From the sequence record NC_028829.1: DNA of 64,000 nucleotides. One strand, 5' to 3'. The notes below the pieces were generated by a model. That model was not told the DNA's origin, searched no databases, and saw only the letters and a program-made list of their open reading frames with translations. A program made the translations under genes and the position numbers. This document shows positions 49,008 to 58,663 of this stretch, piece by piece (within the stretch, counting starts at the first letter, position 1; every line of letters begins with the position of its first letter).

Positions 49008-50364
49008 AATGATTCCTTAATTGTTGCCGAGGGACCTTGTTGCCACTCAGAGTATTGTTGCTTAACTAACTTGTCAGGAATATCATAACGCACGAAAAAC
49101 GTGTTATAAACTTTTTCATTTACAGTGTTCGATTCACCAAACCACGTTTCAACTTCTTGGTCTTTAAACCATTCCTTGGCTTCGTCTAGCGACATGCCAG
49201 TATAGCGCCGAATCTCATTATATACACCATACAATGCTTCTTTGATGTATATCGAATCCATTTCGCCGTCTTCTTGAACAGGGATAGCAAAAATATCACA
49301 GTGCAAATCAGGGTCATATACGTCTGATTTTCGATATTCATCAGCGAGACGTTCCATTAAATTACAACTCATGGGTATACCTCGATCAACGTTTCGACTG
49401 CTTCTTTCGTTGGGTTTGCAATAGTTGCCAAATGCCACTCTTCACCGTAAAGCTCATAACACGACCATGTCTGTTCTTCTTCGTCGAAGTACGGGCGGTC
49501 AGTCCAACCCATTACGTAACCGTTTCCATCAACAGTCACGTACTCAGTTTCGTGATCTACAACTAACGGTACACCACTCACGGTTACGACAGTTGAACAG
49601 CCTTTTTGCATTGATAGTAAATAGCTCATTTTATGCTCCAATCATACCTTGGCTTACTAGTGAACCTTTGAAACGTTTAAGAACGCCTTCCCATGCTTCG
49701 TCTGTGTAAGCATCAATATTGAACACTGCGCGAATCTTGTCAAAAAGTTCTCGACGCTGTTCGAGTGGCATTTCTTTGCAGAATATCATGATTGCACCTT
49801 GATATTCACGTGCTGTCTCATGCAAACCTTTGTACATAAGATGATGTAGATCTAGACCTTTATGGTCAATTTCATGTGAAATCTCGCGTGATAGATGCTC
49901 ACGCTTCATTTCAGTTTTGAAAATATACTTGCCTTCATCCCCAGCAGCAAGTTGACCCATGTCGTAGATTTTCTTGTGCATCTCTTCAAGACGCCCGATT
50001 TTCTTTTCCCACATTTGATAAAATTCTGACATGATTAACCCTCAAATGATTCGATAAGACGAAAGTTTTCGTAGTCTGCTTCTGAAGCAGCACGCCAATG
50101 TTTAAGTGAAACTTTACTCGCTGCTTTGATTTTGTCAATAAGCTGTGCTGACTCATAACCTGGCCATGCACATTTCTTTTCAACTGTAGTGCTCCACAGT
50201 TTGCGACTTTCACAATATGAACCTTTCGAATCCATGAAAAGCACTTCATGCAGCATGATTGTACCATCTTCAAGGCGCATTGCTACTTTTTGGTGTTCTG
50301 CACGCATAGAATAAACGACTTTGATTTCAGCAAATTTGATGTCGAATTTAGTTTGGTCAGTCAT
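49004..50364 (-). other. Four hypothetical early ORFs (50035..50364, 49631..50032, 49369..49629, 49004..49372)
   Basis: Operon downstream of the promoter at 50409..50438. Confidence 0.6.
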
Positions 50365-50408
50365 AATGTTCTCTCTTTGTTTTAGGTCAACATCGTGTTG
50401 ATGTAGCT

Positions 50409-50445
50409 ATAATACACAAAAGGGCTGACCGCAGTCAACCCTTTT
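50409..50445 (-). promoter_or_regulatory. PeSL-like promoter/terminator
   Basis: TTGACT-18 bp-TATTAT; stem GGGTTGAC/GTCAGCCC plus T4. Confidence 0.75.
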
Positions 50446-51196
50446 CTTCAAGAATATTCAAATTATATTTCGGCTTCATGTAATGACTCATGTTTGCACA
50501 AATGAAATCACATGCCCAATTCTTAGTAAGCCGTGTAATTGTCTTCTTCAACGCATGATTCCACGCATTCAACGGCATCATTCCGTGAACAATGTATCGT
50601 TCAATTGCGATTACCGAAATTTCTTCGTGGAATAAATTGATCTTGTCTTCGAACGACAATTGTTCGAACTTCTCTTTACTGACTAAAACATCACAGCCGT
50701 CTTTGAGAATTTTCTCATACAACGGGCGGTTAGGTGCTGCGACCATTCGATGAAGCTCATCATGTTCATACACGTATCGAACTTTGTCATTAAAGAAGTC
50801 GTCTGCGTCTTTGTTCAAACACAGATAATCTTTATTGCCAAGCTCTTTTCGCCAGTGATTCGTCAACGCCGCGTATAGCTCAGGCTTGATTTTGCAGAAT
50901 CGCGATAAAGCAATAACATCACGCTTATGCTTGTCCCACAACGTCGAACCACCAAACTGACTATACCCGACTTTATGTTCATCCCAACCAAGATGGCTGC
51001 ACTTAATCGTATATATTTCATCAGCAGTTGCTATATCACCGTCGAACATCTGCAATATCTCGACGGGCATGACAATGAAATCATCCCCGTCGTTAGCCGA
51101 GTCGGGAGAGTCTACGAATACATCTAGGTCTTTAATGGTATTACGCAGTCGAATACCATTATGATGCAACGCAGTTGACCCGACAACAATACGCAT
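50435..51196 (-). CDS. Putative Pol-beta-like nucleotidyltransferase-fold protein
   Basis: VVGSTAL...KDLDVFV; HDELH. Confidence 0.5.
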   Translation of the reverse strand: MRIVVGSTALHHNGIRLRNTIKDLDVFVDSPDSANDGDDFIVMPVEILQMFDGDIATADEIYTIKCSHLGWDEHKVGYSQFGGSTLWDKHKRDVIALSRFCKIKPELYAALTNHWRKELGNKDYLCLNKDADDFFNDKVRYVYEHDELHRMVAAPNRPLYEKILKDGCDVLVSKEKFEQLSFEDKINLFHEEISVIAIERYIVHGMMPLNAWNHALKKTITRLTKNWACDFICANMSHYMKPKYNLNILEEKG

Positions 51197-51198
51197 TA

Positions 51199-51492
51199 CT
51201 AAGGAGTGCTCGTGAATTGAGTTATCGTAACTTGCTTTGGGTATACTTCAACGAAGTGATCCCCGTAGTTATCGTAACCGTGGTAGCTGTAGTAGCTGTA
51301 TTCAGTCTTGAAATAGCGATCAGCTTTCTTCAAGATAGTGTAACAGTACTCAGAGCCGCCTTCACCCCCACCATCTTGTTCAACGAACTCGACACCCGGG
51401 TATTCACCATCACCGTCTAACAGAAAGTCAAGATAATCCGTATCGTCGTAGTCTTCACCAAGAATTTCTTCAAATGTATAACGATTTGTCAT
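51199..51492 (-). CDS. Acidic hypothetical protein
   Basis: D/E/Y-rich, GGGEGGSEY. Confidence 0.6.
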   Translation of the reverse strand: MTNRYTFEEILGEDYDDTDYLDFLLDGDGEYPGVEFVEQDGGGEGGSEYCYTILKKADRYFKTEYSYYSYHGYDNYGDHFVEVYPKQVTITQFTSTP

Positions 51493-51813
51493 TTATTTCA
51501 CCATTTTTTCAGTTTTTGCTTTGTGTTCGTTTTCTTTTCGCTCCCATTTGGCGAGCTTGTTTCGAACAACGTTCATGATTTCTGCTTCAGTGATGTTCGG
51601 GTTATCAACGTAAATCAGATCAACAAGACACAAAATCCCGTCTACTGCTTCACCTAGAATGCCGTCAACGTCAGCGTTTTTGTACGACGTACCGTACTTG
51701 ACGCGAACTTCAGTTGCTAGTTCGCCTACTTCTTCAACAACGCTCATGTGAACGTCTTTTACTGTTCGACCGTTGTCGATTCGCTTACTTGAAGCTAGAA
51801 TTTCATTGATCAT
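51493..51813 (-). CDS. MazG-like nucleotide pyrophosphohydrolase
   Basis: EEVGELA...GEAVD. Confidence 0.85.
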   Translation of the reverse strand: MINEILASSKRIDNGRTVKDVHMSVVEEVGELATEVRVKYGTSYKNADVDGILGEAVDGILCLVDLIYVDNPNITEAEIMNVVRNKLAKWERKENEHKAKTEKMVK

Positions 51814-52502
51814 AGAGTATTCAACACATCAACAATTTGAATTTTTTCAACAGTGTGAAATCCATATTCACAGTAAGGCATTTGTTCAGAAATGAACTGA
51901 ATATCATCTTCACTGAACTCAGGGTATACTTCTGAGTTCGGACGCTCTTGACATTCGCCTTCTGTCCAACTCGCCAGAGAATCACCAGAAAGATGTACGA
52001 GCGTTTCAAATCGCTCAACTTCTTCACTCGATGCCGGTTTCAAATCGCCAACGTAATCACCATCATTGGTGTCAACTTCTACGTAAATATGTAACGCCAT
52101 TACAAATTCCTCATTATTGTGCCTATTAAAGCGAAAACAATCGCCGAGATGATCAATACAACCCACCCAGCGACTGTATGACCCGAAATGATGAGCCATG
52201 CACCGAAGATAAGCCCGCCAACTGACAATCCGAGAATAACCAACATTGCGACGATACCGAACGCAATCAATGTCAACAACCCCGTTACGAACTCACCTAA
52301 GTTCATGTTACTCACCAATTTCAAAGTCAAAAAGATAGTGAATCTTGCCGTCAGTTAGCGAATCGCCGATGAGCGGGTCGTTAGCTGCAACAACTTTGCT
52401 GTACGGAAGTTTGATAAGCTCACCGTCGATTGTGTCAATTCGCTCAATTACAATGATTGGCGTACCTGTTTTCAGTTCAAAATAATCTGTTTTACTAATC
52501 AC
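51810..52502 (-). other. Three small ORFs (52308..52502, 52100..52306 membrane, 51810..52100 acidic)
   Basis: Coupled ORFs. Confidence 0.55.
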
Positions 52503-53401
52503 GACATTTTACCTTTTAGGGTTGGGTATGGGTCATAGTCATATACGCGAAAATCACTTGCGCGTTTAGTTAACAACTGTGACAACGTTTCAAATTCAGG
52601 AAGTTCAATCTGAGGTAGCGCACGCGGCGTACGTCTCATTTGCTTCATTACTTGTATTAGATGATCTTCATAAATGTGAACATCACCACCAGAGAAAATC
52701 AATTCACCGACACCTAAGCCAGTCAATCTAGCTAGTATATGCACTAGCAAAGCATACGATGCGATATTGAACGGTAGACCTAAGAATGTGTCAACTGAAC
52801 GCTGATTCCATTTCAAGCTGATCTTACCATTACGCACGAACACTTGAAAGCCGTAATGACATGGCGGTAGAGCTACGTCAACTGAGTTACTTTCAGTATG
52901 GAAGTACGGGTCCCATGCTTCAACAAGCATACGACGTTGCGCACTTTGCGTCGGGTCTTCATTAACCGCTGCAATATCGCACAGCAATTGATGAATCTGG
53001 TCAAACTCAACAATTTCTCGCTCTGCATTTACAGATAGACGTTTACGCCACACTTTGCCATAGACATAACCAAGGTCGTCTTCATTGCGAACAATACCTG
53101 CTTCTTTCGCACGCTCGTTCAGCTCGTCGAGATTTTGTTGCCAGATACAGAAATCTTCGTCTGATAATTCAGTGTATTTTCTCAGTTCAGAAATCGAACC
53201 TGAACCGCTCAAGAACCATAGCAACTCACCGAAAATAGCTCTTGTCGCCATTTTCTTAGTCGTTAGCAACGGGAAACCTTTTTCTAAGTCCCATCGAAGC
53301 TCACGCGAAACAACACTAACAGTATTCGTGCCTGTTCTATTCTCAAGAAAATCACCATTTTCTAGAATATCTTTACAAAGTTCCAAGTAGTTTTTCATCA
53401 A
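52499..53401 (-). CDS. td: Thymidylate synthase, intronless
   Basis: RTGT, LPPCH, QRSVDTFLGLPFNIASY, DVHIYEDH. Confidence 0.98.
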   Translation of the reverse strand: MMKNYLELCKDILENGDFLENRTGTNTVSVVSRELRWDLEKGFPLLTTKKMATRAIFGELLWFLSGSGSISELRKYTELSDEDFCIWQQNLDELNERAKEAGIVRNEDDLGYVYGKVWRKRLSVNAEREIVEFDQIHQLLCDIAAVNEDPTQSAQRRMLVEAWDPYFHTESNSVDVALPPCHYGFQVFVRNGKISLKWNQRSVDTFLGLPFNIASYALLVHILARLTGLGVGELIFSGGDVHIYEDHLIQVMKQMRRTPRALPQIELPEFETLSQLLTKRASDFRVYDYDPYPTLKGKMS

Positions 53402-53407
53402 TTACCT

Positions 53408-53611
53408 TTAAAAATCATCGTCCCATACTGCTTGCACGGGAGTACATTGCATCAACTGACCGTCAATTTCATAAGTCTCTGATTGCGGTTGAGTACTGTA
53501 AGATGTAGGTTGTTCAGCCTCAAACAACGTACCAGCAGCTACCGACGCTAGAATCCCTAGAATCGCAATCAAAACAATCAATTCGATCAGAGTAAAACCT
53601 TTAGATTTCAT
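53408..53611 (-). CDS. Prepilin-type N-terminal cleavage/methylation peptide
   Basis: MKSKG-FTLIELIVLIAILGILA class III signal. Confidence 0.8.
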   Translation of the reverse strand: MKSKGFTLIELIVLIAILGILASVAAGTLFEAEQPTSYSTQPQSETYEIDGQLMQCTPVQAVWDDDF

Positions 53612-53647
53612 AATATTACACTCACAAAGTTAGTTAATAAACAGTTT

Positions 53648-53878
53648 TTACGGCAGTTTGCTCGTTTTGCGTGCTTGCTTTGCCGTTTCAGGTAGTTTCA
53701 CTTCAAAGTGCTCTGCTTGTGAAACGTACAATACGCGCTCTGCAAGTAATTCACCGTTCTCGTAAACAGTCGTAATGAATTCAGGACCAGAAGAGCTATT
53801 TTTAACATCAACACCTGGTTTTGTCATTAGCTCTTCAAAGCGAGTCGCAGTAGTCAATTTAAGATTTAAGTTATCCAT
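53648..53878 (-). CDS. Hypothetical protein
   Basis: ORF overlapping the upstream stop. Confidence 0.55.
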   Translation of the reverse strand: MDNLNLKLTTATRFEELMTKPGVDVKNSSSGPEFITTVYENGELLAERVLYVSQAEHFEVKLPETAKQARKTSKLP

Positions 53879-54317
53879 GATGAGAATGAAACCCCTCTAA
53901 GTATTTTGCAAGTTCATATGTTCGACCGTATTTGTAGAACATATCTGAATCAAAGTCGCGACGCTTTAGACCTTCGCCGATCTTACGCAGTTCACGCCAT
54001 TCTTTCATTTCTGCTTGAACTTGCATTAGCGTGTCGTCGCCAATGAATGCTACACCTGTTAGTGAGTGATGTAAACCTTCTTCTTGAAAAAATGTAATGT
54101 CTTCAACAACACCCATTTCACGAATTGTCTCTTCGATTTCTTCAAGATGGTCATGACTAGCCGCTGACAGAATAACGATTGTTTCGTCTTCGTTCAACCA
54201 CTTGTCAAAGATCGGCTTTTCTGCTTTACGCGCAAGACGTAGCAGCGCATGTGCGCCTTGAATACCAGCTTGAATGCCTTTACAATAGCGATTCACGAAA
54301 ATATATGCTTTACTCAT
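53871..54317 (-). CDS. Peptidyl-tRNA hydrolase 2-like protein
   Basis: GIQAGIQGAHAL...W....ETIVIL...F.E.....LTGVAF. Confidence 0.55.
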   Translation of the reverse strand: MSKAYIFVNRYCKGIQAGIQGAHALLRLARKAEKPIFDKWLNEDETIVILSAASHDHLEEIEETIREMGVVEDITFFQEEGLHHSLTGVAFIGDDTLMQVQAEMKEWRELRKIGEGLKRRDFDSDMFYKYGRTYELAKYLEGFHSHHG

Positions 54318-54368
54318 TAAAAATTCCAAAATTATTCAAAAATTACACTAAAACATGACCTTTCATAT

Positions 54369-54376
54369 TATAAATA
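54369..54376 (+). promoter_or_regulatory. Consensus late promoter for the endonuclease
   Basis: TATAAATA then an AGGAG RBS. Confidence 0.85.
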
Positions 54377-54393
54377 AAATAAAAGGAGATTGC

Positions 54394-55044
54394 ATGTTTC
54401 ACATCATATACAAAATTACAAACGAAATCAACAAAAAAATTTACGTCGGTAAGCATAGCACACACAACATTGACGACTCTTACATGGGCTCTGGAGTTGC
54501 GCTGCAACGAGCATTCGACAAGTATGGTATAGAGAACTTCACAAAGGAAATTATTCACGTGTGCGATACTTGCGAAGATGCATTGATACTCGAATCAGAG
54601 ATCGTCGATCTCGATTTCGTCAATCGCAAAGACACATATAACCTAGTTGTTGGCGGTCTAAGCGGCTCAACCGGTACCATAGTCAGCGAAGAAACTCGCC
54701 AAAAACAGTCGGCGGCAAAGAAAGGTCGCAAGCTAACTCAAGAACACAAAGACAAAATTGCCGATTCATTGCGTGGTAAACCTAGTCGTGCAGCCGGTTC
54801 GGTCAAAAGCGAAGAGGCTAAACGAAAAACGTCGGAAGCATTAAAGGGTCGAACTTCACCGATGAAAGGCAAAACTCACTCAGAAGATACCAGACAGGCA
54901 TTATCTGAATTGAATAAAGGTCGACCAAAGCCCGTTGTTACATGCCCACATTGTGGCAAATCGGGCGGCGCTTCAGCAATGAAACGTTGGCATTTTGATA
55001 ATTGCAAACTTAAAGATCACAAATCTTTTCCTCACAATACATAA
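54394..55044 (+). mobile_element. Free-standing Seg-type GIY-YIG homing endonuclease with NUMOD3 repeats
   Basis: IIYKITN...IYVGKH...YMGSG; SEETRQKQS, SEEAKRKTS and HSEDTRQALS repeats; CPHC tail; inverted orientation. Confidence 0.9.
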
Positions 55045-55264
55045 AGCCATGAGCGTTTCTAGTTAATTCACTCACAACTGTGCCATTAATCATGTCGATG
55101 TTCACAGTGTTCAATTGAACTTCATTACCTGCGTCATCAACAAGTCGTAGAAAATCACCACGTGCCCATAGACACGGTGCAATATCAACCAACTGACCAA
55201 AAAAGCTCTCTTGGTCTAGTCTTTCAGTGACCTCGATATAGTCACCAAGTCTAATTTGCTTCAT
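55010..55264 (-). CDS. Hypothetical protein
   Basis: 3' end overlaps the endonuclease convergently. Confidence 0.55.
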   Translation of the reverse strand: MKQIRLGDYIEVTERLDQESFFGQLVDIAPCLWARGDFLRLVDDAGNEVQLNTVNIDMINGTVVSELTRNAHGFMYCEEKICDL

Positions 55265-55649
55265 TTTGCTTTCTGCTTATATCAATCAAAAAGAATTTAT
55301 CATGGTTTTGCTTATTTTCATTACGATATATCGTCGTAATCAAAATACAACCTTTAATTCCCTTCTCAAATATTATGTAAATATCTTCACGCTTGATAGC
55401 AAGCTCACGCTTTTCAGCACTGTAATACCAATACAGAACTTCACCTAAGTGCTTGTTTACTGTATGATACAGCATTCTACGCAATGTTGAATGTTCAGCA
55501 GCACAGAATCGGTCATATACTCGATGTGTGAAGTGTTTCTTCATAACAAAGTCAACAGTCCCGACTAAGCCACGCTGCTTCTCAATCGCGTAATTGTTGA
55601 ATTCAAATGAAAATCTTTTCCATTTGTACATGAACGAATGCAAATTCAT
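55251..55649 (-). CDS. Hypothetical protein, possible RelE/RegB-like RNase fold
   Basis: HFTHRVYDR and ILITTIY motifs. Confidence 0.35.
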   Translation of the reverse strand: MNLHSFMYKWKRFSFEFNNYAIEKQRGLVGTVDFVMKKHFTHRVYDRFCAAEHSTLRRMLYHTVNKHLGEVLYWYYSAEKRELAIKREDIYIIFEKGIKGCILITTIYRNENKQNHDKFFLIDISRKQNEAN

Positions 55650-56010
55650 AACGTTTTTTCAAACTCATTGATTTGCGAATTAAGCTCTTCGCGAGTACGA
55701 GCAACTAAAACAGTACCGTCTTTGTATGTCGCGATGAACTGAGCTTTCTTTTCGATTGTCCAATCTAAGCGATTCGTTGTCATAATATTGTTCTCTTTTC
55801 GTTGTCGATGTGAGTATATTACACAAGTCACATCGACAACGCAACCACTTTTTACATATTTTCTGTAATTCTGAAAATATTAATCAGTGGGTATTTGTAA
55901 ACCATACCGTCTTTCATCATCAAGCAGTAAAGACCGTCTTTGGTGTAAGCGTTCTTTACATTATCATGAACAACTGGCTTGGCTTGTGATAGTAAATGTA
56001 CAGCAATCAT
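55646..56010 (-). other. Small ORFs 55852..56010 (52 aa, not in the ORF track) and 55646..55783; early promoter at 55816..55844
   Basis: MIAVHLLSQAKPVVHDNVKNAYTKDGLYC...; TTGCGT-17 bp-TAATAT. Confidence 0.55.
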
Positions 56011-56702
56011 CATAGTAGCCCAAGTTCCTCTTTCTCTTCGTCAGTGAAATCAACCGATACTTCATGACATTCCATTTTCTCGGGTAGTTCTTCTAAATCA
56101 AGTGCGTAACGCGCTGCCATGATAAGCATCATTGCATCTTTCGCACAGTCGTGTACGCCGTTGTGGTGAATGAAACCTGGCATTGCGTCACGACGAATTG
56201 GCACTTTACACATGTCACGTTGTAACATCAATGCTTCAATACGAGTACGAACATCACGGAATTTCCAGAATCGTTCGATGACTGCATGACGCAAGCCGCT
56301 GTACTTGAAGCAATCTGCCATTAACGGGATATCGTAGTTATTACCGCGACAGTACAAGTGTGAACGACCGTCGTAGCGAGTGTTTTCTTCGATCCACTCA
56401 ATGAACAACTTGTGACCTTCTTCAACCGACACGTCTTCTGCGCTAGGTATTAGAATTTCTTTCGCTTCTTTTGATTGCTCAGACCACCATTGCACAGTAG
56501 CTTTGTTAATGCTTCGCTTACCTTTCTGAGTTTTGATCTCAAACTTGCAACGAAAAGAGTTTTTCACAAGCTCTTGGTAGTCAGGGACTTTCGTAAAATC
56601 GTGCTCGAATTCAACTGCACCTAGTTCAATAACCGCAGCGTCAGGGGTCACGTCGAACCCCTCATAGTCAATCAGTATGTCGTAAATGGGTTTATCATTC
56701 AT
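56010..56702 (-). CDS. dexA: DexA-like 3'-5' exonuclease
   Basis: DYEGFD, WWSEQ, RGNNYDIP, FRDVRT, HNGVHDCAKD. Confidence 0.9.
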   Translation of the reverse strand: MNDKPIYDILIDYEGFDVTPDAAVIELGAVEFEHDFTKVPDYQELVKNSFRCKFEIKTQKGKRSINKATVQWWSEQSKEAKEILIPSAEDVSVEEGHKLFIEWIEENTRYDGRSHLYCRGNNYDIPLMADCFKYSGLRHAVIERFWKFRDVRTRIEALMLQRDMCKVPIRRDAMPGFIHHNGVHDCAKDAMMLIMAARYALDLEELPEKMECHEVSVDFTDEEKEELGLL

Positions 56703-56941
56703 GATATTTCTCTCTTCACATTTAGTAAATCATGCAGCAATTCAAGCTTGCTTTCGATTTTGTGTTGTTGATCTTGAATCTGACCAAGAGTCGCTTTACG
56801 AGCATTGATCATCTTCTCTTTTTCTTCTTGATCGCGTGCAACATCGAGACGAAGCGCACTTTCTACGCGCTCGTCTGTCAGAATTATACGCATTGAATTT
56901 AGAATACGGTCAGTATCCAACAAATCATCTTCATTTGACAT
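56699..56941 (-). CDS. Hypothetical coiled-coil protein
   Basis: Coupled ORF. Confidence 0.55.
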   Translation of the reverse strand: MSNEDDLLDTDRILNSMRIILTDERVESALRLDVARDQEEKEKMINARKATLGQIQDQQHKIESKLELLHDLLNVKREIS

Positions 56942-57540
56942 TATTTCACCCCGCTACCGCCAAACCCACGAGCACCGCGGTCAGTTTTTTTGTCAAAAGT
57001 ATCAACTTCTTCAAACTGCACGTTTTTCACGTAAGTATGGAAAATCAATTGACAGATACGATCACCGCGCTCAATATGCAGCACATCGTCGCCTTCGTTG
57101 CGAATCTTGATCATGATTTCGCCTTGATAGTTCGCGTCGATAATCCCGATTGTGTTTGCTAGACGCAAGAAGTGCTTGAACCCAAGACCACTGCGCGGTG
57201 CAATCGCGCCGTATACACCAATCTCATCAGCATAATGAGGAAATCCAAACGAGTTTTTATGTGCGAAATAACGCATAATACGTCGAAATGCTTCAAATGT
57301 ATTGCTCAAATTCACATTATTTTGATGAATCGAGTGAGAACCAATATGAATCTTGACACCAGACGGGATAACGACTGAATCACCCGGTTGTAGCTCGATT
57401 GACTCTTCAATTGCAGCACGCAGATCAATACCCGCGTCATCTGGGTCTTTCACACCAATTGGCTCAATTGCTTTTAGACCAAGTTCTTTGTTTTCTTTGT
57501 AGTGAGGCAGGTAAATAATCTTCATTAAATTTTCTTCCAT
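56941..57540 (-). CDS. dut: Trimeric dUTPase with an internal insertion
   Basis: AGIDL, PRSGLG, GIIDANYQGEI, RICQL, RGARGFGGSG. Confidence 0.95.
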   Translation of the reverse strand: MEENLMKIIYLPHYKENKELGLKAIEPIGVKDPDDAGIDLRAAIEESIELQPGDSVVIPSGVKIHIGSHSIHQNNVNLSNTFEAFRRIMRYFAHKNSFGFPHYADEIGVYGAIAPRSGLGFKHFLRLANTIGIIDANYQGEIMIKIRNEGDDVLHIERGDRICQLIFHTYVKNVQFEEVDTFDKKTDRGARGFGGSGVK

Positions 57541-58583
57541 CTGTTAAGTCGATTTGTAGCCATTAGACCGCTAACGGCATTTTCATAAATGTATTGCTGA
57601 ATGAACTCAGCAGACACACCAGCTTTGACAAAATCATTGATGTCTTTCTTATCAATAATTTGAGGTGGGAGCTTATCCCAAATAACAACACGCTCACCTG
57701 CTCTGATTAGAACTTGAAGACGCTTTACAACGTCTGGGTGCCGAGGCTCATTATCAAGCGCCCAAATGCGATTCCCCGCATAAGGTGCATTTTGTGGACT
57801 GACTTGTCCACCTACTATAGCACAGCAATTGTAGAGGAATAAACTATCAATCGGGCCCTCAACGAAAATAACAGGGTCATCTTCATTGATACGCTCTGTG
57901 CCGTATATCTTGTTGAAATCGTCGTCAATTTTAATGGTCATGTATCGTTGAGCATGTTTGTTTGTCAACGCACGACCTTGAACAGCAATCAAACCTTCTT
58001 TGTTATAGATAGGTATTACCAATCGAGGGTGGTCATTTCTAATCTCACCTTCGTACAAATCTGGGCGAAGCGTCTTAGCCATTTGAGACCAGCCACGAGT
58101 AAACCCAAGCAAATGCCACTTGTCTTTAGGGATTTTTCTAGATTCGAGGTATTTGTGCATCACATGACCATCTTTAAGGGCAGTGATATTATAGAAAAGT
58201 TGCTCTTCTTGTTCTTTCTCAACGACAGTCGCTTCTTTCTTTTCAACGACTGGTTCAGGTTCGCGTTCTTTACGCTCACGAGAATTGCGCTCTTTGAATA
58301 ACTCGACGCGATACTGAGAAAACAACGATGGTTCGTGATCTTTCAAAAAAGTATACAGAGATTCGTTATAGTCACAGTTCCAGCAACTACAACGTAAATG
58401 AATCTCACCAGAACGTGTCTTAACTTCATTAATCCAGAAACGTGTCTTGTACTTGTTCTTTTTCGAGTCACCACAAATCGGGCATCTTGCATTGATTTTG
58501 AATGGACGATGACTATGCACCGTAGGGAGTAGTAATCGATGCTGAAGCATCTTGGCGTATTGTATATCAATCAATATTTGCAT
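57525..58583 (-). CDS. 61: DNA primase gp61
   Basis: CPICGDS...CWNC zinc finger, EGPIDSLF, DNEPR, KDIND; promoter GTTTAT-17 bp-TATAAT near 58605..58633. Confidence 0.97.
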   Translation of the reverse strand: MQILIDIQYAKMLQHRLLLPTVHSHRPFKINARCPICGDSKKNKYKTRFWINEVKTRSGEIHLRCSCWNCDYNESLYTFLKDHEPSLFSQYRVELFKERNSRERKEREPEPVVEKKEATVVEKEQEEQLFYNITALKDGHVMHKYLESRKIPKDKWHLLGFTRGWSQMAKTLRPDLYEGEIRNDHPRLVIPIYNKEGLIAVQGRALTNKHAQRYMTIKIDDDFNKIYGTERINEDDPVIFVEGPIDSLFLYNCCAIVGGQVSPQNAPYAGNRIWALDNEPRHPDVVKRLQVLIRAGERVVIWDKLPPQIIDKKDINDFVKAGVSAEFIQQYIYENAVSGLMATNRLNRWKKI

Positions 58584-58636
58584 AATTCAACCTCCGTGTA
58601 GTGATTATACACGGCATCACGATACGATAAACATAA

Positions 58637-58661
58637 AAAAAGCCCCGTTTCCGAGGCGTTT
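58637..58661 (-). terminator. Terminator
   Basis: GCC(C)CG/CG(A)GGC stem with a T run on the minus strand. Confidence 0.65.
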
Positions 58662-58663
58662 TA

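Noticed and set aside
52499-53401. Group I intron in td, or in the visible part of nrdD
   Set aside because: Both reading frames are continuous with all motifs in order
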